From a virus (Duplodnaviria; Caudoviricetes): a DNA stretch of 52,129 nucleotides. Below the pieces are notes generated by a model. The model was not told where the DNA came from and did no database searches. It saw only the letters and a list, made by a program, of their open reading frames with translations. The number at the start of each line of letters is the position of its first letter. Position 1 is the stretch's first letter. The DNA lies in IMG/VR virus record IMGVR_UViG_3300046330_000118, positions 1-52,129 of that record; one strand, given 5' to 3'. The position numbers and the translations under genes are program-made. This document shows, one piece after another, positions 24,318 through 33,394 of this stretch.

Positions 24318-24691
24318 TGTCAGAAGCAAAGCGATGCACAGACCACGAGTTTGTTCAGCACAAAAGAATTAATTCTGCTTGTGCAATTTGCTATAGGCGA
24401 TACAGCGCCTCAAAGTCTAGGCAATATCGAGTAGAGGCCGCCAATCTATTTAACGAGTATAAGGTAAAGACGGGCTGCGCTAAGTGCGGGTATAATGGTC
24501 ATTTTGCTGGACTTGAGTTTGACCACATTGTCGCCGTCAAGGGCGGCCTAAAAAGAAGTGGTATAAAAAGAACTAAAGCTTCGCTTGCTAAATTAATACA
24601 AGACGACAACATACAGGTTCTTTGCGCGACATGTCACAGAATCAAGACTTGGGAAAATGGCGACTATAAAAAAGACACTGAGATCGCCTAG
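24317..24691 (+). CDS. HNH endonuclease (free-standing)
   Basis: CAKCG...LEFDHI...NIQVLCATCHRIKT. Confidence 0.9.
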   Translation: MSEAKRCTDHEFVQHKRINSACAICYRRYSASKSRQYRVEAANLFNEYKVKTGCAKCGYNGHFAGLEFDHIVAVKGGLKRSGIKRTKASLAKLIQDDNIQVLCATCHRIKTWENGDYKKDTEIA

Positions 24692-24712
24692 TTATGGTAG
24701 AATAGAGTTACA

Positions 24713-25723
24713 ATGGCTAATGAACTCCCTTCAAACGTAGGCTACGGTACTGTTACCGGACGCTTCCTTCTTGCCTACTCTGACAGTGCAGATGGCGACC
24801 TTTATCCAGATGGTGCGCCCGCAAAAGGCTCAGTTCTATTTACCCCATCTCCTAACTTTGTAAAGAACGTTACCGCATCTCCTGCGCCTGTAACCATTCT
24901 TCCTGCCACTATTTCCTGTGACCTTGACTCGGAGGGTTACCTTCTTGGCTACACTGGAACTCGCGGTGTTCGCCTAGTCGCAACCGATGACGCAGACAAC
25001 AACCCAGTCGACTGGACTTGGAAGGTTACCTTCCGTCTAACCGACGCTGATGGAACCCCAACTCGCGGCATCCCAGATTTCAGCTTTGAACTGCCTCAGG
25101 GCACAACTGTTGACCTGACAAGCGCCATGCCCGTGCCAGACGCAAATGGCACCTACTACCTGATTGGCCCAACTGGACCTACTGGCGCAACTGGCCCAAC
25201 CGGAGCCACCGGCGCAACTGGTGCCGCAGCAACTATCTCTGTTGGCACGGTGACTACCGGGGCTGCTGGCTCAAGTGCGTCTGTAACTAATGTCGGCACT
25301 ACTGGTGCTGCAGTCTTTGACATCGCGATTCCTCGTGGCGACAAGGGCGAAAAGGGTGACACCGGTAACACTGGTGCAACTGGCGCTACTGGTGCAACCG
25401 GCCTTAACTGGCAGGGTGTTTGGTCAAGCTCTACTGACTACGTAGATGACGATGCGGTTTACTACAATGGCGCTTCCTGGTTTGCCTCGGGGAACCCGAC
25501 CGTTGGCGAAGTCCCAGAGATTGGTGCAACCCACTGGATGCCGCTTGCACTACAGGGAGCAACTGGAGCAACTGGAGCCACTGGCCCACAGGGGCCTCAA
25601 GGTATTCAGGGTGAGCCTGGCAACCTAGGCGATCTAGCGGGAACCCTGCCTATCACTTACGTCGGTTCAACAATTGGATTCGACCCAACTTATATTTTGT
25701 TCATTGACGGAGGAACTGCCTAA
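24713..25723 (+). CDS. Collagen-containing fibre/minor structural protein
   Basis: Gly-X-Y blocks, WQGVWSSSTDY..DDAV repeat-type motif, ends FIDGGTA. Confidence 0.85.
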   Translation: MANELPSNVGYGTVTGRFLLAYSDSADGDLYPDGAPAKGSVLFTPSPNFVKNVTASPAPVTILPATISCDLDSEGYLLGYTGTRGVRLVATDDADNNPVDWTWKVTFRLTDADGTPTRGIPDFSFELPQGTTVDLTSAMPVPDANGTYYLIGPTGPTGATGPTGATGATGAAATISVGTVTTGAAGSSASVTNVGTTGAAVFDIAIPRGDKGEKGDTGNTGATGATGATGLNWQGVWSSSTDYVDDDAVYYNGASWFASGNPTVGEVPEIGATHWMPLALQGATGATGATGPQGPQGIQGEPGNLGDLAGTLPITYVGSTIGFDPTYILFIDGGTA

Positions 25724-27066
25724 TGCCTGTGCAGACTGTAATCAAAAAGCGCCGCGATACCGCTGCGAACTGGACCTCGACTAACCCTACTCTAGCCGCC
25801 GGTGAAGAGGGCTACGAGAGCGACACTGGCTTGTCTAAGACTGGTAACGGAACCAGCGCCTGGACCGTTCTGTCTTACGATGCAACCGCACACTCGAAGC
25901 AGATGGTCAAGGCTTCTGAAGCTGTCTCTAAAGGTCAAGCGGTTTATGTAAACGGTTCTGACGGAACCAACATGACTGTTGCTAAGGCATCAAACGCAAC
26001 CGAGGCGACTTCTTCTAAGACCTTTGGTTTGATGAATGGCACGACCGCTTCTGGCGCTTTGAACACCGTCGTCACCGAAGGCCTTCTTGGCGGGCTCGAC
26101 ACATCAGCGGCCGCTGCCGGCGACCCTGTGTGGCTTGGAACTTCTGGCAACCTGATCTTTGGTCTTGCGAACAAGCCAACCGCACCGGCGCACCTTGTCT
26201 TCATTGGCATTGTTGAACAGGCTCACGCAACAACTGGTAAGATTTTTGTAAAGGTTCAGAACGGCTTTGAGCTGCAGGAGCTGCACAACGTAAGCCTTTC
26301 TAGTCTTGCAAACAAGCAGGTTCTTCAGTACGACTCAGCAACCTCGCTTTGGAAGAACGCTACCATTTCTGCCGGTGTTGCTGTTTCGGAAACCGCACCA
26401 GCCTCGCCAACCGCTGGCGACTTGTGGTTTAATTCCGCCGACGCAAAGACATACATCTACTATGACTCAACTTGGGTTGAAATGGCACCAGCCGGACCCG
26501 CCGGTCCTACTGGACCAACTGGGGTTACCGGTGCTACCGGGTCGACTGGAGCAACCGGACCCGCCGGCCCTCCGGCAATGACGCTGATCTCGTCAACTAC
26601 TCTAGGTGCTGGCGTAAGCTCTGCAACGATTTCGTCAATCCCCCAGACATACAAAGAACTCAGAATTCAGTTGAGCTTCACTGGCTCTGTTGGTGGCCCT
26701 TCGGCGGCTACTGTAACCTTCAGCGGATCCACTTCTGGATATGGCTGGGGCTACGTTAACAGCTTCGCCAGCACCGGTACTGGCAACGTAACTCCGAACT
26801 ATAACTACGGAATAAACCAAGCAGCGATAGTCTTGCCTGGAATGACAGGTGGAAGCACTTGGGTTACTATTCCAGACTACTCAAACGCTACCGTCGCGAA
26901 GAACCTACAATTCTTCAACTACACCGGGTACATGAGCAGCACCGTCAACGATGGTGCTGGTGTCTGGAATAATAACACCACCGCAATTACTTCAATGGGC
27001 TTTAACTTTAGCAGTGTTAGCGGCTACAGCGCAGCTTACACAATTAACATTTGGGGAGTCAACTAA
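25723..27066 (+). CDS. Fibre protein (Mtd-N-like start, collagen segment, C-terminal receptor-binding-like domain)
   Basis: KKRRDTAANWTSTNPTLAAGEEGYESDTG, AP.SP..GDLW, TLISSTTL...ISSIPQTYKEL. Confidence 0.85.
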   Translation: MPVQTVIKKRRDTAANWTSTNPTLAAGEEGYESDTGLSKTGNGTSAWTVLSYDATAHSKQMVKASEAVSKGQAVYVNGSDGTNMTVAKASNATEATSSKTFGLMNGTTASGALNTVVTEGLLGGLDTSAAAAGDPVWLGTSGNLIFGLANKPTAPAHLVFIGIVEQAHATTGKIFVKVQNGFELQELHNVSLSSLANKQVLQYDSATSLWKNATISAGVAVSETAPASPTAGDLWFNSADAKTYIYYDSTWVEMAPAGPAGPTGPTGVTGATGSTGATGPAGPPAMTLISSTTLGAGVSSATISSIPQTYKELRIQLSFTGSVGGPSAATVTFSGSTSGYGWGYVNSFASTGTGNVTPNYNYGINQAAIVLPGMTGGSTWVTIPDYSNATVAKNLQFFNYTGYMSSTVNDGAGVWNNNTTAITSMGFNFSSVSGYSAAYTINIWGVN

Positions 27067-27275
27067 TGAAAATCTCTGAAATCAACTGCGAGACTGGCGA
27101 GTCAATTGAGCGCGACATGACTGCCGAGGAGATCGAGAAGCACGACTCCGAGTTGCTTCTGGCCGCCGAGATTCAGCTGCAAATTGAAGCAAAGCAGGCC
27201 GCGAAGCAAAGTGCACTTGCAACGCTTCAGCTACTTGGCCTAACCGAAGAACAAGCTTCGGCTCTCGCTATCTAG
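27066..27275 (+). CDS. Putative fibre assembly chaperone
   Basis: INCETGE..ERDMTAEE...LGLTEEQA pattern following the fibre gene; TAATG coupling. Confidence 0.65.
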   Translation: MKISEINCETGESIERDMTAEEIEKHDSELLLAAEIQLQIEAKQAAKQSALATLQLLGLTEEQASALAI

Positions 27276-27294
27276 GGTAAGGTAAAATAGTAAA

Positions 27295-27441
27295 ATGACA
27301 GCAATCGATTTTCCGGACTCGCCTACTTTAAACCAGCAGTTTACTGCATCTGGTCGAGTATGGCAGTGGAACGGCACCAGTTGGGACTCGGTTTCAACCA
27401 CCCCAGAATCACTCCATCCATTCCTAACTATGGGAGCATAA
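27295..27441 (+). CDS. Small virion protein (48 aa, not in ORF track)
   Basis: MTAIDFPDSPTLNQQFTASGRVWQWNGTSW...HPFLTMGA; -10 TAAAAT 6 nt upstream. Confidence 0.75.
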   Translation: MTAIDFPDSPTLNQQFTASGRVWQWNGTSWDSVSTTPESLHPFLTMGA

Positions 27442-27444
27442 CCA

Positions 27445-27786
27445 ATGGCAATAACCTATAAAATCCTAGGGCAGGCTGCTCCTGCTAATAACACTAACGT
27501 CACCCTTTACACTGTGCCGACTGGCAAGCAGGCCATTTTGTCCTCGATTACTTTTGTATCTGGAGATAGCGCCAACAGTGTTAGAATTTTCGCTGTAAAG
27601 TCCGGTGAAACTGCTAATAACTCAACAAACGTAATCTACTATATTGGCACTGCCGCGACTACATCTTCTTATCAGTTCACTGATAAAATAACTCTAGCAG
27701 CAGGTGAGTCGATTGTTATTAAGCACTCTACTGGTGGCGAATGGGCCGCAATGGCAACTGTATTCGGAACTGAGATGGATATCTAA
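27445..27786 (+). CDS. Minor structural protein (beta-rich)
   Basis: YKILGQAAP...TLYTVP...ITLAAGE...FGTE. Confidence 0.75.
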   Translation: MAITYKILGQAAPANNTNVTLYTVPTGKQAILSSITFVSGDSANSVRIFAVKSGETANNSTNVIYYIGTAATTSSYQFTDKITLAAGESIVIKHSTGGEWAAMATVFGTEMDI

Positions 27787-28691
27787 TGGGTGTTAATGTT
27801 TTCCCCACACCAGCGGGTGCTACTGCAAAGTCGCAGTATACTGCAATGATTACCGGAACTGCTAACTGGGCACCACCCGCTGGTGTATACTCAGTAGAAA
27901 TTCTGCTTGTTGGCGGCGGCGGTGCCGGTGGCCACGGAACGACATCTTCTACTTATGGTGGCGGTGGCGGTGGCGGTGGAGTCATTGATGGGGTCTTTAG
28001 CGTAACCCCGGGAGTTGCTTTCACTATCGTTATTGGCGCTGGTGGATCCTGGAGCACCAACTCCTATGGTGCGAATGGCGGAAATAGCACAATAGCGGAC
28101 CTTGGCTTAACTGCACTCGGCGGTGGTGGCGGCGGCGGGTACGAGCCAAGCTACTGGGGCGCAATGAGCGCTGGCATGCCGGGCGGATGCGGTGGTGGAA
28201 CTGGCCTACAGGCAACATACACCAACACTAACAGAGGCGGCGGTGGTGGCGGTGCAGGTGAGAAGCCTTCATACTTTGCTACTACAGACAGTACCCCATC
28301 ATATAGAATTGGCGGTCCGGGCTACCAAGGTGGCCATGGCAAGGGAACTACCGCAAACGCAAACGGTGGAAACTACAACAGTGGCGTATTTGCCTCTGGC
28401 GGTCCAGCCTATAAGGGGCTCTACGGCGGTGGCGGTGGCGGATGTTCAGCTGCTACTGTTCAGCCAGCAAACCTCTATAACGGAATGAACAACGTTGGCT
28501 TAGGCGGTAATAGACTAGTTAGCGGTGGCGATGGCGCATGGGGTAACGGCAACACTGGCGCTATAACCGCAGCTACTGCTGGAATTGCTAACACCGGTGG
28601 CGGTGGCGGTGGCGGTGGTTACACTGCATACGGCACTGGTAACGCTGCAAATGGCGGTTCTGGCGTTTGTATTATTAAGTATTGGGCATAA
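27786..28691 (+). CDS. Glycine-rich fibre/spike protein
   Basis: LLVGGGGAGG, ANTGGGGGGG, GGSGVCIIKY. Confidence 0.85.
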   Translation: MGVNVFPTPAGATAKSQYTAMITGTANWAPPAGVYSVEILLVGGGGAGGHGTTSSTYGGGGGGGGVIDGVFSVTPGVAFTIVIGAGGSWSTNSYGANGGNSTIADLGLTALGGGGGGGYEPSYWGAMSAGMPGGCGGGTGLQATYTNTNRGGGGGGAGEKPSYFATTDSTPSYRIGGPGYQGGHGKGTTANANGGNYNSGVFASGGPAYKGLYGGGGGGCSAATVQPANLYNGMNNVGLGGNRLVSGGDGAWGNGNTGAITAATAGIANTGGGGGGGGYTAYGTGNAANGGSGVCIIKYWA

Positions 28692-28700
28692 GGATAGATA

Positions 28701-28970
28701 ATGGCACATTTTGCAAAGATTGAAGACGGTATCGTTACTGACGTAGTTGTTATTGGCAACGAGTTCGAGGCTGACGGCGAGGCTTACCTAAACTCGCTTG
28801 GCCTTGAAGGTCAGTGGATTCAGACTTCTTACAATGGAAATATTCGTGGGAAGTTTGCTGGTATTGGCGATGGTTATGATGCTGAACTTGATGAGTTTTT
28901 CAAGCCTGAGCTCATAGCAATTGAGCCAATTCCAACTCCAATTCTAGAAATCGAAGCACCTGTCGAATAA
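28701..28970 (+). CDS. Small partner/chaperone of the glycine-rich protein
   Basis: MAHFAKI...WIQTSYNGNIRGKFAGIG..YD...D.F. Confidence 0.75.
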   Translation: MAHFAKIEDGIVTDVVVIGNEFEADGEAYLNSLGLEGQWIQTSYNGNIRGKFAGIGDGYDAELDEFFKPELIAIEPIPTPILEIEAPVE

Positions 28971-28984
28971 GATAGAATAGACTT

Positions 28985-29389
28985 ATGCCTACGATTCCAG
29001 ATGTAACACCTCCAGACTATGCAACAGTAGTGGGTCAGATTCGTCTACTCATTCCAGATGTCGAGCAACTAGAAAACCTAGCAGACCCGACAGTAGGCGC
29101 TGCGTACATCTTTGAAGACGCACAGATTCAGGCATTTGCTACTCTATACAGCAACAATGTGAAGAGGGCGGCAGCACAGGCAAAACTTGTGCTTGCCACC
29201 TCTGAAGCGTTGATTAACAAGGTTATCCGCACCGCAGACTACACAACTGACGGCGCTAAGCTTGGCGCTGAGCTTCGTGAGCAGGCTAAGGCTCTCCGCG
29301 AAGAGGCTGACAACGACGACAAGTATGACTCTTATGAGACGTTCCTCGTTGTGCCACAGTCGGCTCGATGGGAAAACGATTGGCTCTAA
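28985..29389 (+). CDS. Head-to-tail adaptor
   Basis: GQIRLLIPD...IFEDAQI..F...NVKRAAA. Confidence 0.8.
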   Translation: MPTIPDVTPPDYATVVGQIRLLIPDVEQLENLADPTVGAAYIFEDAQIQAFATLYSNNVKRAAAQAKLVLATSEALINKVIRTADYTTDGAKLGAELREQAKALREEADNDDKYDSYETFLVVPQSARWENDWL

Positions 29390-29865
29390 ACACTCGCTCT
29401 GCAATTGACCCTCGATGGACGTTTCACAACACAGCCATCGAGCGGTCTCTTGCGCTCACCACAATTGACATTTATAACCCATCTAGCACCGACAGCATGT
29501 ACGACGCTGACACAAACACCTGGTCGGGTACTACTACTCTACTCTGGACCGGGAAAGCCCGCATTCAGCCGCGTAGCGCTTCTGCTCGCATGGGCTCAGC
29601 TGGCTCCGTAATTAGTGCGATCGACCCTGGCGCTTCACAGATCGTTGAAGTGCACATCGGTATGCGAGAGAACCAGTTGACTGGCTCTAACGGCGCTATG
29701 GCAGATATCCGCCCAGGTCACCGCATGCTTGTTACTGACGCTCCGCTAGACCAGATGCTTCAGAACTTTGAGTTCGTTGTTCGCTCTGTTATCAACAGCT
29801 CGAACCCTTGGCACCGAGTCCTCCTGTGCGAAGTTAACCAGGAACTTAACCCGAATAACATCTAA
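29380..29865 (+). CDS. Head-to-tail stopper (DUF6093-like)
   Basis: YD..T..W..TT.LLWTGKARIQP; position after the adaptor; TTG start. Confidence 0.7.
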   Translation: MALNTRSAIDPRWTFHNTAIERSLALTTIDIYNPSSTDSMYDADTNTWSGTTTLLWTGKARIQPRSASARMGSAGSVISAIDPGASQIVEVHIGMRENQLTGSNGAMADIRPGHRMLVTDAPLDQMLQNFEFVVRSVINSSNPWHRVLLCEVNQELNPNNI

Positions 29866-30464
29866 TGGCGGGCCGTCGCAAGGGCTCAGTTCCCTTAATC
29901 TTTCACGACTTGGATTTAAAGAATCCTGTCGCAAACGCCGCTAACCGCAAGAAGTACCCTTGGCTTCAGAAGGTCGCTGAAGACCTCCGAGAAGCAACTA
30001 CGGAGGCTGCCAAGGCTGGCGCTGATGCAATGCGTGAGAGAATCTTGAATAGCCCAACATGGAGCAACTGGCACGTTGGCATTAACATCGAACGAGGCAA
30101 GCGCCCTCCATATATTAACATGTGGGGCTCTCGCTACGAAACCGGAACAATGTATAACAGCGTTGACTTTCGCAAGGGTAGAATTACTCAGGCTAAAGAC
30201 CGTCGCCGTCGTGGCTCGGTAAACGCAAGCTTTGGTTGGCCGGCAACTGCTTCCGGGCAGATTGCGGATGCACCGACTAGCCCAATCGGCAGAAAGCCTG
30301 ACGGTCCTGGCTGGCGTAGCGACCCTAAGTATTTCCACATGCAGGAGTATGGCTTCAATAATGAGGGCACTAAGGTTGACGGCATGGAATCCCACGGGGC
30401 CGGCCTTGACGCTGCTATGATTAAGATTCAACAAGAAATGCGAAAGCGTGGGTATAAAGGCTAA
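29865..30464 (+). CDS. Neck/tail-completion protein (HK97 gp10-like position)
   Basis: RYETGTMYNSV, YFHMQEYG; synteny. Confidence 0.65.
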   Translation: MAGRRKGSVPLIFHDLDLKNPVANAANRKKYPWLQKVAEDLREATTEAAKAGADAMRERILNSPTWSNWHVGINIERGKRPPYINMWGSRYETGTMYNSVDFRKGRITQAKDRRRRGSVNASFGWPATASGQIADAPTSPIGRKPDGPGWRSDPKYFHMQEYGFNNEGTKVDGMESHGAGLDAAMIKIQQEMRKRGYKG

Positions 30465-30895
30465 TGGGTCTATCACTTATTCCAATCCAGGACGAGATCG
30501 TCACCAAGCTCAAAGAGCTTCCACAGACCGTTTACGAGAACGGTGTACCTGACGACGCTAACCTTGTCTACTCAAATGGCACAATGTTGCCGTTCATCGT
30601 GCCATTCTTTGGCGGCTACGCCCAGGCCCTTGACGGCCGAGGCATCACATCTTCTCGCCAGAACCTTGGTGAGAGTTACCTGATTGTGCAGTGTGTCGGG
30701 CCAACCGAACGCTCAGCAAGGCAGGTTGCTGACCTTGTGCGAGACAAGCTAACAGGCTTTATCCCGAACGACGCAGGCGAACTAGTACCATCTGCAAATA
30801 GCAGATTCCTAACACCAGACTTCTCTTCGAGACCTGCGAAGTACATTTCTGAGGTTATTTTCCGATATCCTGTAAACACAAATGTGGTATCATAG
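30464..30895 (+). CDS. Tail terminator
   Basis: VY.NGVPD, PFIV, VQCVG, ARQVADLVRDKLTG; synteny. Confidence 0.75.
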   Translation: MGLSLIPIQDEIVTKLKELPQTVYENGVPDDANLVYSNGTMLPFIVPFFGGYAQALDGRGITSSRQNLGESYLIVQCVGPTERSARQVADLVRDKLTGFIPNDAGELVPSANSRFLTPDFSSRPAKYISEVIFRYPVNTNVVS

Positions 30896-30916
30896 AGTAG
30901 ATAAGAAGGGACCATC

Positions 30917-31162
30917 ATGGCACTTTTCAAGCACAAGCTTACCGGTGAACTAATCGAGCGACCGGCTCACTACAGTTCACACCCAGTACTAGGCAAGAAC
31001 CTAGTACCCGCAGATTCCACAGTTGCACCTGTTGCCAAGCCTTCAAAGGCCGCACCTAAGAAGGCTGTAGAAGCAGAACCAACTCCAGCGCCACTGACGA
31101 GTGCGGCAGAACCTGAAGTTGAGTCTGAAATCGAAGTTAACATCGAAACCGACAAGGAATAA
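30917..31162 (+). CDS. Hypothetical virion-associated protein
   Basis: Own -10 and RBS; Pro/Ala/Glu-rich tail. Confidence 0.7.
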   Translation: MALFKHKLTGELIERPAHYSSHPVLGKNLVPADSTVAPVAKPSKAAPKKAVEAEPTPAPLTSAAEPEVESEIEVNIETDKE

Positions 31163-31165
31163 ATA

Positions 31166-32242
31166 ATGGCAAACACTAAGATGCTACGCCCTAACGTGGG
31201 CATTTATGTTGCGGCCGCAGATGCATTCGCTGACTGGACAGCTCCTACGCTGACCGAAATCACCGCTGCAACTAAGGTATTCAACATCTCTCCAGCTGTC
31301 ACCGACGGCTACACCCTGAACATGACCGACTCACAGGCAGACAACTCATTGTCTATCATTGACAACGCAGACGTTCAGACCCCAACCTACAACAACTACG
31401 AGGCAAGCTTCGACGTATTCCGTGACGCTAACCTTTCAGCTACTTCGGTATACAATAAGGCACGTGACCTGTTCTCAGCTGCTGACGTTAAGTACTACCT
31501 TATCAAGCGTGTTGGCAAGACCCACGACGCAGCTTTCGCAGCTGGCGACGAGATCTCAATCTACGGTGTCAAGACTGACTTCCCTGTAGACATCGTTGGC
31601 GATGGTGAAATGGTCCGCCTTGGCGCTCGTTTCCTAACCACCGGTGAAGTTAAGGTTAACATTGCCGTTGGCGCAGGAACCGCAGGTGCTGGTCCAGCTC
31701 TTGCAGCTACTGTTGGAACCAAGATGGTTTCAAACGGCAAGATCCGTGTTGAGTGGGTTGACGTTGCAGACGTTGCTAACGAGGCTGCATTCATCAGCTC
31801 TCCAGACATCGCTGTAATTGGCGACGGCATCAACCTTACTGAGGCAATTGCTTGGGACTCATACGACCTAGGTGCAACTGACTCGAACAAGATTGACGAC
31901 CGTGGAATCATCGACGAGGGCCAGGTCCAGACTCGTGGTTTCGCACAGTTCAACGGTTCACTAATGTTCTTCCGCGACGCTGACCCAGAGGCAACCAGCA
32001 CCTACAACGATGTTTACGCAGCGTTCAAGGCAGCTACCGACGGTTCACGCCCAGAGGGCTACCTAGTAGTCCGCATTGGTGTTCCAGCTACTACTGCTTA
32101 CGCAGCAGGCCAGAAGGTTTCTGTTTACAAGTTCATTGCGGACTCGTTCTCAGACAACACCGAAGGCGAAGACTCTGTTAAGTACATGGTCAACTTCATG
32201 CCTCAGGGCAAGTTGGGCGTTAACGTCACTACCACTGACTAA
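31166..32242 (+). CDS. Major tail (tube) protein with two tandem homologous domains
   Basis: Position before the chaperones and TMP; internal repeat TKM..TDS..IID..VQT..FRDA..YL..R.G..AAG. Confidence 0.85.
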   Translation: MANTKMLRPNVGIYVAAADAFADWTAPTLTEITAATKVFNISPAVTDGYTLNMTDSQADNSLSIIDNADVQTPTYNNYEASFDVFRDANLSATSVYNKARDLFSAADVKYYLIKRVGKTHDAAFAAGDEISIYGVKTDFPVDIVGDGEMVRLGARFLTTGEVKVNIAVGAGTAGAGPALAATVGTKMVSNGKIRVEWVDVADVANEAAFISSPDIAVIGDGINLTEAIAWDSYDLGATDSNKIDDRGIIDEGQVQTRGFAQFNGSLMFFRDADPEATSTYNDVYAAFKAATDGSRPEGYLVVRIGVPATTAYAAGQKVSVYKFIADSFSDNTEGEDSVKYMVNFMPQGKLGVNVTTTD

Positions 32243-32253
32243 CAGCTAAAACG

Positions 32254-32308
32254 GGGGGAGAGGGAATTTGCGCCCATTTATCCCTCTCCCCCACTTTAAT
32301 AACGGGCG
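32254..32308 (+). promoter_or_regulatory. Strong hairpin / possible pseudoknot between tail tube and chaperone genes
   Basis: 12-bp stem GGGGGAGAGGGA/TCCCTCTCCCCC; loop CGCCC complementary to GGGCG at 32304-32308. Confidence 0.6.
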
Positions 32309-32327
32309 ATAACTTAATGAGGACAAA

Positions 32328-32927
32328 ATGAGCGAAGAAACAAAATCAGTTATTGAAGAGACCATGGAGTTGGTCGAAGAAGCGCAGTCGAAGAAGGTCT
32401 TTAACCTTGCCGACGCAATCAAGGGTCGCGCTTATCCTAAAAAAGATGTAAAGATTTACCTAGACGACGAAGCCGCTATGCGCCTTGTTGAAATCCAGAA
32501 TGAACTAGACTACATGCCAGAGGGCGGCGTTGCTGACAAGCTTAATGCCGAGGCCGCTGTGCTAAAAGCCCAGATCAATGAGAGCGCACTTAAGTTCACC
32601 CTTCGCGGTGTCAACCAGGACGTTATCGAGACTGTGCTAACCCAGACCAACATCCGCTACGGCCTTAAAAAGGGCGATGACGGCACCGAGACTCCTGGCT
32701 GGATGAAAGACTACATCACCGCACTTGTCGGTGCTAACATCGAGGCTGTCACCAACGCTGCAGGCGAAGTTGACTCAGACCTATTCAGCTTTGAGAAGAC
32801 CGATGACCTACGACGCAACATCCCAGCAACCGAGTGGGGCAAGCTAGTAGAGACCATGGAAAAGCTAACCCTGGCTGGCGGATACTTTAACCAACTTACG
32901 GACGCTGGTTTTTTACAGAAGTCCTAA
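32328..32927 (+). CDS. Tail assembly chaperone (gpG-like)
   Basis: Between tube and TMP genes; ends at a slippery site. Confidence 0.85.
   Translation: MSEETKSVIEETMELVEEAQSKKVFNLADAIKGRAYPKKDVKIYLDDEAAMRLVEIQNELDYMPEGGVADKLNAEAAVLKAQINESALKFTLRGVNQDVIETVLTQTNIRYGLKKGDDGTETPGWMKDYITALVGANIEAVTNAAGEVDSDLFSFEKTDDLRRNIPATEWGKLVETMEKLTLAGGYFNQLTDAGFLQKS
32909..32915 (+). other. -1 programmed ribosomal frameshift site T TTT TTA
   Basis: X XXY YYZ heptamer in the correct frame (GGT TTT TTA); the -1 frame is open into 32951..33349. Confidence 0.85.
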
Positions 32928-33349
32928 CTTGGGCCCACAATAGAACTTATGTGACCAAGCTTAGGGCAGCTATTGAAAACAATATCAGACCCTCAGCGAT
33001 GCTCTTTCATGAGCAGCCAAATCTAGAGTGGACTAAGTTCGATTTCCTACTGCTTGAGGCATATCAAATCTTACGGGACGAGACATGCCAGCAGTGTGGA
33101 AACCCCATCTGGGTTTGTCGCAATGAGTTTGCTGACAACGTTGGCTTTAAAATCAAGAGCAGCAAGTGCTTTGCAAAGGCTGAGCTTGAAATGTACCAAG
33201 AGCGTGAAGAGAAAAAGAAGAGCAAGAAGAAGAAGTATGGTGAGCAGGAGTACATCCTCGCTTATACCTACGACGGCTCTGACCTCCCATCTCGCATGTC
33301 GTATTACAACGCTTTAACCGAACAGGCCATTAGGGAGGCCGCTGAGTAG
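32912..33349 (+). CDS. Tail assembly chaperone frameshift extension (gpGT-like)
   Basis: -1 frame FTEVLTWAHNRTYVTKL...CQQCGNPIWVC. Confidence 0.8.
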   Translation, partial: FTEVLTWAHNRTYVTKLRAAIENNIRPSAMLFHEQPNLEWTKFDFLLLEAYQILRDETCQQCGNPIWVCRNEFADNVGFKIKSSKCFAKAELEMYQEREEKKKSKKKKYGEQEYILAYTYDGSDLPSRMSYYNALTEQAIREAAE

Positions 33350-33394
33350 TGTATAATTGGTGTATAACTTTTATTACACTTTAGGTGGTCTCCC

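Noticed and set aside
24096-27066. Diversity-generating retroelement suggested by Mtd-N-like domains
   Set aside because: No reverse transcriptase and no template/variable repeat pair seen
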